This document shows, in pieces, positions 28,898 to 36,907 of a stretch of 64,000 nucleotides of DNA (positions are counted from its first letter, which is position 1; each line of letters starts with the position of its first letter). The notes below the pieces were generated by a model. The model saw only the letters and a list, made by a program, of their open reading frames with translations, was not told the origin of the DNA and ran no database searches. The stretch covers positions 328,013 to 392,012 of the forward strand of contig JBLYPX010000001.1 of assembly GCA_048538235.1 (NCBI GenBank), given 5' to 3'. The position numbers and the translations under genes are program-made. The DNA comes from Candidatus Komeilibacteria bacterium (GTDB lineage Bacteria > Patescibacteriota > Patescibacteriia > UBA1558).

Positions 28898-29614
28898 ATG
28901 GATATAATATTATTAGACACAGAAACAACTGGTGTAGAACCAAATGCAAGACTAGTACAACTTGCATATAAAAACCTCAGTACAGGTAAATCTGTAAATG
29001 AGTATTTTAAGCCACCAATTCCTATTAGCATCAATGCTATGGCTACACACCATATTACGAATAGGGAAGTTGAAGATAAGCCAGCTTTTATTGGTTCAGA
29101 GTGTCAAAAAGAGATAAATAGACTATTACCTAAAAATATATTAGTTGCCCATAATGCATTATATGACATGACTATCTTAAGAAATGAAGATGTGGCTATC
29201 GGTAAATATATAGATACATTAAGATTGTCTAAGCATTTAATAGAGTCTGAAGCATATAATATGCAGTACTTAAGATATTTCCTGGATTTAAATGTTACAG
29301 CACTTGCACATAATGCAATGGGGGATGTAGCTGTACTGGAAGCTTTATTTAATCATTTGAAAGAACTTGTTAAAAAGAAGTTAAATGTTTCTTCAGATGA
29401 AGATATTTATACAGCGATGCTAGATTTAACACAGCAACCTGTATTATTAAAGACATTAATGTTTGGTAAGTATAAGGGTAAAACCTTTGCAGATGTGTTA
29501 GAATATGATAGAAATTACTTACAATGGCTATATGATGAACAGATGAAGAATGATGAGATAGACAGAAATGAGGATCTTGTTTATACCTTGAAGGAATATT
29601 TACAAGTTAGATAG
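28898..29614 (+). CDS. DEDDh 3'-5' exonuclease (DnaQ/ExoX-like) with C-terminal DUF3820-like domain
   Basis: Exo I LLDTETTG, Exo II VAHNALYDM, Exo III HNAMGDVAVLEALF. The C-terminal FGKYKGKTFADVLEYDRNYLQWL is DUF3820-like. Confidence 0.72.
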   Translation: MDIILLDTETTGVEPNARLVQLAYKNLSTGKSVNEYFKPPIPISINAMATHHITNREVEDKPAFIGSECQKEINRLLPKNILVAHNALYDMTILRNEDVAIGKYIDTLRLSKHLIESEAYNMQYLRYFLDLNVTALAHNAMGDVAVLEALFNHLKELVKKKLNVSSDEDIYTAMLDLTQQPVLLKTLMFGKYKGKTFADVLEYDRNYLQWLYDEQMKNDEIDRNEDLVYTLKEYLQVR

Positions 29615-29653
29615 TATTTGACATTGTTAAACTTACGCTGTAAGTTATTAGCG

Positions 29654-29689
29654 AACAGGGTCGTTGGTATTTTGCCAACCCTGTTTTTT
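29654..29689 (+). terminator. Intrinsic terminator after the exonuclease gene
   Basis: AACAGGGT...ACCCTGTT followed by a 6-T run. Confidence 0.65.
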
Positions 29690-29695
29690 ATTAGT

Positions 29696-29741
29696 TTGAC
29701 AAAATACATATAGATGATATACTTGTAATACATTGTATTAC
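29696..29741 (+). promoter_or_regulatory. Promoter (TTGACA-16-TATACT) plus a perfect palindromic operator GTAATACA-T-TGTATTAC for the TA operon
   Basis: Inverted repeat at 29725-29741 immediately after the -10 element, typical of an antitoxin autoregulation site. Confidence 0.55.
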
Positions 29742-29758
29742 AGTATTAAATAAATAAT

Positions 29759-29974
29759 ATGCGTGAAATATTAAATTTATCTTTGCCTAGTGAGATGGCT
29801 CAATCTGTTAAAAAGGCTGTAAAAAAAGGTCAGTATGCCAGTACCAGTGAATTTATTCGTAGTCTTATTCGTGATTGGCAGGAAAGTCAATTATTATCTC
29901 AGTTAGAGCAAAGTCAAACACAAATTAAACAAGGTAATTCCAGGGTCTTAAAATCTCTTAGAGATTTGCGTTAA
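29759..29974 (+). CDS. Type II antitoxin, ParD/RHH-like
   Basis: 71 aa. The motif SEFIRSLIRDW resembles ParD antitoxins. Directly upstream of the toxin gene. Confidence 0.65.
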   Translation: MREILNLSLPSEMAQSVKKAVKKGQYASTSEFIRSLIRDWQESQLLSQLEQSQTQIKQGNSRVLKSLRDLR

Positions 29975-29983
29975 AGACCAATT

Positions 29984-30241
29984 ATGGAAATAATATATTC
30001 AAATAGATTTAGTCGTATGTATAAAAAGTTGCCTACAGAAGTTAAGTTAGAGGCAGAGAAGAGAGAGATTATTTTTCGTAAAAATCCATTTGCGTCAGTT
30101 TTAAAAACTCATAAGCTAGCAGGTCGCTTAAAAGACTTTTGGTCTTTTTCAATAAATTATAAGTATAGGATTATATTTGAGTTTGGTACTGACAATATTG
30201 TTTATTTCCATTGGGTTGGTCAACATAGGATATATATCTAA
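29984..30241 (+). CDS. Type II toxin, RelE/ParE family
   Basis: 85 aa. The KLPTEVKLEAEKREIIFRKNPF...YRIIFEF pattern is typical of ParE/RelE. Confidence 0.7.
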   Translation: MEIIYSNRFSRMYKKLPTEVKLEAEKREIIFRKNPFASVLKTHKLAGRLKDFWSFSINYKYRIIFEFGTDNIVYFHWVGQHRIYI

Positions 30242-30298
30242 ATAATAGTTATTCTCGGTGTAGTATTTTACGATAGGTTTGTAAAATAATATATAAGT

Positions 30299-30326
30299 AA
30301 AAAACCCAGTCGTTTGACCGGGTTTT
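30299..30326 (-). terminator. Intrinsic terminator, copy 1 of an identical 28-nt repeat
   Basis: AAAAAACCCAGTCGTTTGACCGGGTTTT. The hairpin CCCGGTCAAACGACTGGG plus U-run sits on the minus strand, downstream of gene 30345-30731. Confidence 0.7.
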
Positions 30327-30344
30327 CATTTCTGATACTAAGTT

Positions 30345-30731
30345 TTATTCGTCAATATTTGCTACAGTGCGCTTTGCTATAAGTTTTACCAACATGTAAG
30401 TCGAAATATAACTTATGGTAAATCCTGCAATTGGAATTAATACCTCTGGAAAGGTACTCATTTTAATTGTAGTGGTTGCTGGCGAGATGATATATACGAA
30501 TATACCACCTGTAATAAAGCCGAGTAGGGATGGTGTTGGAATCATTTCGTGTAACTTTTTATACGTTACCAAACCTGTAAATGTTCCTTTCATCATGGCA
30601 AATACCACGAGTGAAGTAATGAGCGTAACTCTTTCTGGCTCGTCTATTATAGCTGAGCTAAACATTCCTTGTACAATAACACCTACAGTAAATAGAAATA
30701 GCCATATATTGACTCTTTGGATGCCATTCAT
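30345..30731 (-). CDS. Integral membrane protein (4 TM), function unknown
   Basis: SD TAAGGAGG. Hydrophobic helices. Terminator copy 1 downstream. Confidence 0.55.
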   Translation of the reverse strand: MNGIQRVNIWLFLFTVGVIVQGMFSSAIIDEPERVTLITSLVVFAMMKGTFTGLVTYKKLHEMIPTPSLLGFITGGIFVYIISPATTTIKMSTFPEVLIPIAGFTISYISTYMLVKLIAKRTVANIDE

Positions 30732-30818
30732 TGTGTACCTCCTTATTCTTAGTATATTTAATTATTAATGTGTGAATAATTTACATTAGCAAATAATCGT
30801 GGATTTGTCAATGTAAAC

Positions 30819-30846
30819 AAAAAACCCAGTCGTTTGACCGGGTTTT
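30819..30846 (-). terminator. Intrinsic terminator, copy 2 of the identical 28-nt repeat
   Basis: Same 28-nt sequence as at 30299-30326, downstream of the 32-codon peptide gene. Confidence 0.7.
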
Positions 30847-30879
30847 TAAAAAAGCTTTAAGCTTCATGTTTTCCTTGTA

Positions 30880-30978
30880 TCAGGAGAAAAGCTGAACAAG
30901 AATAACAATGATGGAGGCTACGATTCCGATAAAAACAAGCGTTGGGTATTTCGTTGTGATTGTGATTTTTACAGTCAT
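30880..30978 (-). CDS. Small single-TM peptide (32 aa, MTVKITITTKYPTLVFIGIVASIIVILVQLFS)
   Basis: SD AAGGAGGATAAA then ATG. Hydrophobic C-terminal helix and its own terminator. Below the ORF-track cutoff. Confidence 0.4.
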   Translation of the reverse strand: MTVKITITTKYPTLVFIGIVASIIVILVQLFS

Positions 30979-30997
30979 TTTATCCTCCTTAGGATAA

Positions 30998-31303
30998 TTA
31001 TTCGTTTAAAAACATTGAGGGTGTGTATGTTACATCATATACATCATGTGTGCCCACGTTGAGTATTACATAGGGCATTGGTGTATGCAGTGCTGGATCA
31101 TTCAGTAGTATTCTAAGTTCAGCTTCTACATCTGGCGGATTCACCATTTTATCTATGTAAGATATTATTGGTATTGAATCTGTAATACCGTTGGTGTAGA
31201 TATTACCCAGAGTATCTATGAATTCAATTACTACTGCGTTAGCCCAAACTGTAATAAGAAAGAATCTTACTACATTTGAAAACCTACTAAAAGTCCAATT
31301 CAT
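30998..31303 (-). CDS. Hypothetical protein (101 aa) with N-terminal hydrophobic segment
   Basis: SD AAGGAGGATGAA then ATG. The upstream context ATCCTAAGGAGGAT is a duplicate of that of the 32-aa peptide. Confidence 0.5.
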   Translation of the reverse strand: MNWTFSRFSNVVRFFLITVWANAVVIEFIDTLGNIYTNGITDSIPIISYIDKMVNPPDVEAELRILLNDPALHTPMPYVILNVGTHDVYDVTYTPSMFLNE

Positions 31304-31396
31304 TTCATCCTCCTTAGGATATTTATTTAATTGTCAAAAATCTTATTAATAGGGTAGTATAGCATATATTTACTAATTTGTCAATAGTGGTATAAT

Positions 31397-31606
31397 ATGT
31401 TTATGAAACATTTATCTGGCTTTGTGCCTGTAAATTTAAACCTTGTAGGTAAGATTCTATTAATATTAGGCTTAATTATTTTAATATTAAAAATAGGGTC
31501 TTTAACTATATGGTTATTTACTATGCCCGGTGTACTATTATTCATTGGTGTTTGTAGTATTATTGTTGGCATATATTTAATATATATTGTTCCTAAGATA
31601 GATTAG
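31397..31606 (+). CDS. Small two-TM membrane protein (69 aa)
   Basis: Preceded by TTGTCAATAGTGG-TATAAT. No SD, so possibly a leaderless mRNA. Confidence 0.4.
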   Translation: MFMKHLSGFVPVNLNLVGKILLILGLIILILKIGSLTIWLFTMPGVLLFIGVCSIIVGIYLIYIVPKID

Positions 31607-31686
31607 AGCTAGAATTGACAATTAAGCATACCTGTGCTAATTTACACTATTCATTGAACATATTAACAATAGAGGAGGAATAGACA

Positions 31687-32097
31687 ATGAAGTGGCTATT
31701 TTTACTGTTAAAAGTACTTCATTCATTTTTCATGGATGTTGTGGAGGTTTGCTTAGCCTTTGTACAAATGGGCAAGTTGTTTATTAAAAGTTTTGTTATT
31801 GCAACGCTTTTAATAACAATGAGTATCCCGGGTGCAATGCTTGACCGCAAACTACATGAGATGGGTCAAGACAATAAGACGGTATATGATATTGTTATGA
31901 CTCTTGATGCAATGGCATTCTTTTCAAACGGTGGTGGCTTCTTTGGAGCTAGTCAGAACTATTTTGGCTGGGCTTATGCCAAAGCAACTGCTGATAAGAA
32001 TCGTTCAGCATTGAGTAAGGTATTGTTTTGGGAAAATCCCTTTTATGTTACACAACCACCAGATGAGTGGCCGTACTATTACAGGGGTGAAGGATAA
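31687..32097 (+). CDS. Secreted or membrane-anchored hypothetical protein
   Basis: SD GAGGAGG. N-terminal hydrophobic region. No recognisable domain. Confidence 0.5.
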   Translation: MKWLFLLLKVLHSFFMDVVEVCLAFVQMGKLFIKSFVIATLLITMSIPGAMLDRKLHEMGQDNKTVYDIVMTLDAMAFFSNGGGFFGASQNYFGWAYAKATADKNRSALSKVLFWENPFYVTQPPDEWPYYYRGEG

Positions 32098-32122
32098 ACA
32101 ATATACCCATTATTTAAACTTA

Positions 32123-32155
32123 AAACGCATATACTACGGTATGTGCGTTTTTTTG
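32123..32155 (+). terminator. Intrinsic terminator
   Basis: AAACGCATAT...ATGTGCGTTT followed by a T-run. Confidence 0.5.
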
Positions 32156-32221
32156 TACACATTGCTAATATTATGTAAGAATGAGATAATAAAGGCGGTT
32201 TTACAATATATTTCATATATT

Positions 32222-32629
32222 ATGAATGTTTATTTAGATATTAATGGTGTGTTATTAACTAATAATATTCAACCAGCACAAAACGTGGTTGAATTTTTAA
32301 AATACTTAACAGACAATCATACAGTTTATTGGTTAACAACCCATTGTCGCGGAGGTGAAAATAGGGCAGTAGAATATTTAAGCGATAAATTGCCAGCTGA
32401 AGCTTTAGTGTACTTAAATAAAATATTACCTACTGATTGGGATACGCTCAAAACAGAGGCTATAGATTTCACAAATAAGTGTGTGTGGTTTGATGATCAA
32501 TCTATACGCGCAGAAGATAAGATATTAGCAAAACACGCAAATACTGTTAAATTTATACATGTTAATTTAAGTGTTGAGCCTGATTTAATATCTTATTTGT
32601 CCACTTTTGCGAATATTTCTGAAAAATGA
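32222..32629 (+). CDS. HAD-superfamily phosphatase-like protein (NT5C/PNKP-type motif I variant D-x-N)
   Basis: Start chosen at MNVYLDINGVLL, a HAD motif I analogue with N replacing the second Asp. The ORF-track start at 32045 overlaps the upstream gene and terminator. Confidence 0.45.
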   Translation: MNVYLDINGVLLTNNIQPAQNVVEFLKYLTDNHTVYWLTTHCRGGENRAVEYLSDKLPAEALVYLNKILPTDWDTLKTEAIDFTNKCVWFDDQSIRAEDKILAKHANTVKFIHVNLSVEPDLISYLSTFANISEK

Positions 32630-32653
32630 GATAATGAAGGGGATTTTTAAATT

Positions 32654-33448
32654 ATGACAAAAATAAAACCATATTTTCAAGGAACAAGATTTAATCTATA
32701 CAATGGTGATTGTATAGAAGTTCTTAAGCAATTTAAGGATAATTTTTTTGATATGATTTTTGCTGATCCTCCATATCATTTATCTAACGGAGGATTTACT
32801 GTACACGCAGGAAGAATGGTTAGTGTGAATAAGGGTGAGTGGGATAAGAGTTTAGGTGTTGAAAAAGATTTTGAATTTCATATGAAGTGGATAGAGGAGT
32901 GCAGGCGTGTTTTAAAACCAAATGGAACTATTTGGATTAGTGGAACGTATCACTCGATCTATCGTTGCGGCTATGCTTTACAGTTGTCAGGCTACCATAT
33001 TTTAAATGACATTTCTTGGTATAAGCCAAACGCTTCTCCTAATTTAAGTTGCAGATTTTTTACCGCTAGTCATGAAACATTAATTTGGGCTAGAAAGGAT
33101 AAGAAAGGTAAACATACTTTTAATTATCAGGAGATGAAGAATGGCGGTTGGCATGAAAGAGATTTTATCAAAAAGGATGGTAAGCAGATGCGCTCTGTTT
33201 GGTCTATAAATACTCCTAGACCTGAAGAAAAGAAATACGGTAAACATCCTACACAAAAACCAATGGCGTTACTAGAGAGAATAGTTTTAGCTAGTACAAA
33301 CAAAGGTGATAAAATACTTGACCCATTTACGGGTAGTTCAACAACAGGTTTGGCTGCATATAAACATGGACGCCAATTTGTTGGCGTAGATATGGAAAAA
33401 AAATATTTAGATTTGTCTAAAAAAAGGTTTAAAGAAATAAAAAAGTAA
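32654..33448 (+). CDS. DNA methyltransferase, beta-class amino-MTase (N6-adenine or N4-cytosine)
   Basis: Motif IV FADPPYH precedes motif I LDPFTGSSTTG, a circular permutation typical of N4C/N6A MTases. SD GAAGGGG. Confidence 0.8.
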   Translation: MTKIKPYFQGTRFNLYNGDCIEVLKQFKDNFFDMIFADPPYHLSNGGFTVHAGRMVSVNKGEWDKSLGVEKDFEFHMKWIEECRRVLKPNGTIWISGTYHSIYRCGYALQLSGYHILNDISWYKPNASPNLSCRFFTASHETLIWARKDKKGKHTFNYQEMKNGGWHERDFIKKDGKQMRSVWSINTPRPEEKKYGKHPTQKPMALLERIVLASTNKGDKILDPFTGSSTTGLAAYKHGRQFVGVDMEKKYLDLSKKRFKEIKK

Positions 33449-33463
33449 CAATAATATACTATC

Positions 33464-34075
33464 ATGCCAGAAAGTAACTTAAATTTATTAGATAATCCAA
33501 AGGTGATTAAATGGTGTTATGAGGGAATTACAGAACTTACACTAAGAGGTACTAGTAATCAAAATCGCTTAAATGAATATAAAGCCATTGAGAAGGACTG
33601 GGGTAATTCAATTACCGGCGGCGACGGTAATCAGTGGACGACCAAGCTTTGTGAGGATTTGGTTATGGAAGCTTTAACAAAACTTGGGCGACACAATGTA
33701 AGAAAAACTACTCCAAAACGAAGCACAATAAGAAGTAAACAATACAAGCCAGATCTAGAATGTGACGATTATGTCTATGAGGTAAAGGGTAGAAATTGGT
33801 GTGTTACTGGAACTGCTGGTGAAAAAATACTTGGAGTCCCTCTTAAGTACGGAGAGGTTCCTAGATTGTACGATAAACCACTACAAATAATTTTGGTTGG
33901 ATATCAAGAGTATGAAGCTAAAGAGGGGTATGCTTTTGGCGACCTGTTAGATGAAAGTAATCAAACTGAGGAATTGAAAAACAGTTTAGCCTTTTATAAA
34001 CAAAATAATATTGAGTACATAGGTTTTACAGATATTTTAAAAGAACTCGGTTTTGCAGAGGGGTGTTGGAGGTAA
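33464..34075 (+). CDS. Putative type II restriction endonuclease (PD-(D/E)xK)
   Basis: KPDLECDDYVYEVKG gives PD...D...EVK catalytic spacing. Immediately follows the MTase. Confidence 0.5.
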   Translation: MPESNLNLLDNPKVIKWCYEGITELTLRGTSNQNRLNEYKAIEKDWGNSITGGDGNQWTTKLCEDLVMEALTKLGRHNVRKTTPKRSTIRSKQYKPDLECDDYVYEVKGRNWCVTGTAGEKILGVPLKYGEVPRLYDKPLQIILVGYQEYEAKEGYAFGDLLDESNQTEELKNSLAFYKQNNIEYIGFTDILKELGFAEGCWR

Positions 34076-34175
34076 TTTGTTGTTTTTTTAAATAAGTAGT
34101 ATATTAAACAAAGTTAAATTATATTATCATTAGGAGGACCGGTTTAGCTGGTTTTTTAATAATTTATAGAGAATT

Positions 34176-35402
34176 ATGGATACTGCAAAGTTGTTAACAA
34201 TTACAAGAGATTTGACTCTTGAAGAGGATAGATATCAAATTAATTCAAAATTGGATGAATTTTATAATTTTATTTCACAGGGGAATGCTGAAGAAGCGGA
34301 TAAAAAGAAAATAGAAATAATTGAGTTGTCAAAGAAAAGTATAGTAAATGAATATACTAATAGTAATAACAAAATTTTAAAGAATATCGGAGGGACGCTC
34401 TATTTTGGCGATGGTGTGATTGTAGAAATAAATAATATCTTTTCAGAAGATAATTATAAATCATTAGAAAAATTAGGATTATATAAGAGCGAGAGGCAAA
34501 AATTTATTGAAAGAATTAGAGCTATAGATTCTCAGCTTGATAGTATAGGTGTTAAGCCTCACTTAATAGATGATAAATATGAAATTGGTTTAAGTTTGCC
34601 AACAAATGATTTTTCTCTAAAAGATGTCCAAAAATCTTTAGCAACGTGGGATAGTTTTATAGGCGATTTGTCAGAATTGTCGGGAGAAGAAAGAGGTAAT
34701 GTAATTTCAAAGGCATGTGACGGTAGTATAGAAATATTTTTGATTAAATCTGGAATTATTGCAAAAGCTCTCAATATAGTTTTAGATAAAATGGCAGATC
34801 TATATATCAAATATCAAACAATACAAAAAAATGAGGAAGAGTTGAAAGAGTTAAAAAATAAAACTATTGAAGCTGAATTAAAGGCGGAGAGAGAAAAACT
34901 AGTTAATACATTTATTGCAACAACTATTAAAGAAATAACTGATTGCGCCACTATTACAGATACAGAACGAATAAACGAATTACAGAATGGACTGAATGCA
35001 TCTTTGAAAAGAATATTAAAATTATCAAATCAGGGAGTTGAGTTTGAGGTGATAGCTCCGAGAATACCAGAGCCTAAAGAGCCAGAAGATCAAGCTGAGG
35101 ATACTCAAAAAAAATATAGAAAGGAGTTGGCAGAATATACAACAAAACTTAATAATATTCGTAAAGTTTCAACAGGAAGCCGTAAATTAATGAATCAAAA
35201 AAAGGTGAATAGTATATTATTATTAGATGACGTACTTAAGGATGAAGCTATAAACGGTGATGCTGTAAAATATTCAGAATCTGTTTCTGATTCCAAAAAG
35301 AAGTCAGATAAAGTATTAAATAGTAAGAAAGGTAGCGAGGTTACAGCAGCTTCTAAAACTCAACCCAAAGGAGCGCCATCAAATGAAAAAGAAAGTAAGT
35401 GA
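34176..35402 (+). CDS. Hypothetical coiled-coil protein (408 aa)
   Basis: No recognisable motif. Long predicted coiled coils and a K/E/S-rich tail. The nearest SD-like AGGAGG is 40 nt upstream, so the start is uncertain. Confidence 0.45.
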   Translation: MDTAKLLTITRDLTLEEDRYQINSKLDEFYNFISQGNAEEADKKKIEIIELSKKSIVNEYTNSNNKILKNIGGTLYFGDGVIVEINNIFSEDNYKSLEKLGLYKSERQKFIERIRAIDSQLDSIGVKPHLIDDKYEIGLSLPTNDFSLKDVQKSLATWDSFIGDLSELSGEERGNVISKACDGSIEIFLIKSGIIAKALNIVLDKMADLYIKYQTIQKNEEELKELKNKTIEAELKAEREKLVNTFIATTIKEITDCATITDTERINELQNGLNASLKRILKLSNQGVEFEVIAPRIPEPKEPEDQAEDTQKKYRKELAEYTTKLNNIRKVSTGSRKLMNQKKVNSILLLDDVLKDEAINGDAVKYSESVSDSKKKSDKVLNSKKGSEVTAASKTQPKGAPSNEKESK

Positions 35403-35433
35403 TACTCAGATATAAATTCAATATTAAGTACAA

Positions 35434-35474
35434 TTGACAAACCCCCTAAAACTAGCTAAAATTTAGCTAGTTTT
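35434..35474 (+). promoter_or_regulatory. TTGACA -35 element plus perfect 13-bp inverted repeat abutting the flippase start codon
   Basis: AAAACTAGCTAAA-A-TTTAGCTAGTTTT at 35448-35474, ending 1 nt before the ATG at 35475. Confidence 0.5.
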
Positions 35475-36905
35475 ATGAATATAACAACAGCTAAAATAGC
35501 GCGGAATACTGGAGTTTTAACAGCATCATTAATAATACAGAAAGTATTCTCGTTTATATACTTCTCATACCTTGCAACCCAGTTGGGCGTAACCCAAACT
35601 GGGCTGTATTTTTTTGTTCTATCTTTAGTAGGTATATGTTCTGTATTTATAGACTTTGGTTTAATAAATGCTCTAATTAGAGAGATTAGTAAAAAACCAG
35701 AAGAGGTTAATAAATATTATACGCATGCTATTATTACCAGATTAATATTAGCTGGTATTGTATTAGTAGCTTTCTATTTATTTACCCTGTTTTCTTCCTA
35801 TGACATTATTACTAAACAGTCTATGGTAATAGCAGGACTAATTATGACCATAGATTCATTTACACTATTGTTCTATGCAGTGTGGAGAGCTCATCATAAT
35901 ACTATGTGGGAATCTTTAGGTAATATTATATTCCAGATTACCTTACTGGTTGTTGGTGGGGTAGCAGTATATTTATCTAAGAATATTATCTTTGCTTTAC
36001 TTGCATTATTACTAGCTAGTAGTATTAATTTCTTACTTGCATATTTTAGTTCTAGGTTGAAGTTAAAATTAAAGTTTGCTTTTAATGTAGATTATGTATT
36101 TATTAAGAAGTTACTATTAGTAGCTCTACCTTTTGCATTAGCTGGAATATTTTCTAGAGTATATGGTTATGCAGATACATTTCTTTTAAAGAATTTAGTA
36201 GGGGATGCAGCTTTGGGATATTATTCTTTACCGTACAAGATAACCTTTGTTTGGCAATTTATACCACTAGCTGCTATTGCTACTTTGTATCCGGCATTTA
36301 CTAGCTATTATACTGAGAGTAAAGAAAAGTTATCTGCATTGTGGCAAAAAGCTTCTGTGTATTTACTAGCCTTAAGCATGCCTTTAACAGTTGGGCTATA
36401 TATATTTGCACCAGTAATATTTTTAAAGATATATGGTATAGAGTTTGTACCAAGTAGTTTTGCATTGCAAACTTTAATTTTAACTCTACCTTTATTGTTT
36501 TTAAACTTTCCTTTGGGTTATTTACTAAATGCAACTGGCAAACAAACAAAGAATACTATTAATATATTTATAGCGATGTGTGTATCTGTTATTGGTAATA
36601 TTATTCTAATACCACATTATTCATATATTGCAGCTAGTATGATGAGTATTATTTCTACTATGGTATTATTTGTCTTTGGTATGAGCTATGCAGTAAAGAT
36701 AATTAAATTAGATTATTTATCTTTATTTAAAGATATTGCTAAGATTACTTTAAGTATTATTGGTATGGTAGCTATTATATTAATTATTGGATCATACTTA
36801 CATTATTTATTGACTATACTAATTGCTGGTATTACATATGTAGCAATAATATTTATTACTAGGTTTGTTAGCATTGTAGATATTAAATCGTTCATTAAGA
36901 AATAA
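35475..36905 (+). CDS. Polysaccharide flippase (Wzx/MOP family)
   Basis: About 14 TM helices and an MOP-flippase-like layout. Heads the glycosyltransferase cluster. Confidence 0.72.
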   Translation: MNITTAKIARNTGVLTASLIIQKVFSFIYFSYLATQLGVTQTGLYFFVLSLVGICSVFIDFGLINALIREISKKPEEVNKYYTHAIITRLILAGIVLVAFYLFTLFSSYDIITKQSMVIAGLIMTIDSFTLLFYAVWRAHHNTMWESLGNIIFQITLLVVGGVAVYLSKNIIFALLALLLASSINFLLAYFSSRLKLKLKFAFNVDYVFIKKLLLVALPFALAGIFSRVYGYADTFLLKNLVGDAALGYYSLPYKITFVWQFIPLAAIATLYPAFTSYYTESKEKLSALWQKASVYLLALSMPLTVGLYIFAPVIFLKIYGIEFVPSSFALQTLILTLPLLFLNFPLGYLLNATGKQTKNTINIFIAMCVSVIGNIILIPHYSYIAASMMSIISTMVLFVFGMSYAVKIIKLDYLSLFKDIAKITLSIIGMVAIILIIGSYLHYLLTILIAGITYVAIIFITRFVSIVDIKSFIKK

Positions 36906-36907
36906 AA

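Noticed and set aside
30415-30768. 117-aa plus-strand ORF
   Set aside because: Antisense to a minus-strand 4-TM gene that has an SD and a dedicated terminator.
32045-32221. N-terminal 59 codons of ORF 32045..32629
   Set aside because: This part overlaps the 3' end and terminator of the upstream gene. An internal ATG at 32222 begins exactly at the HAD-like motif, so the shorter model is used.
34120-34160. AGGAGG plus ACCGGTTTAGCTGGTTTTTT upstream of the 408-aa gene as a terminator or SD
   Set aside because: The stem is not self-complementary beyond the ACCGGT palindrome, and the SD-like element is 40 nt from the ATG. It is left unannotated.
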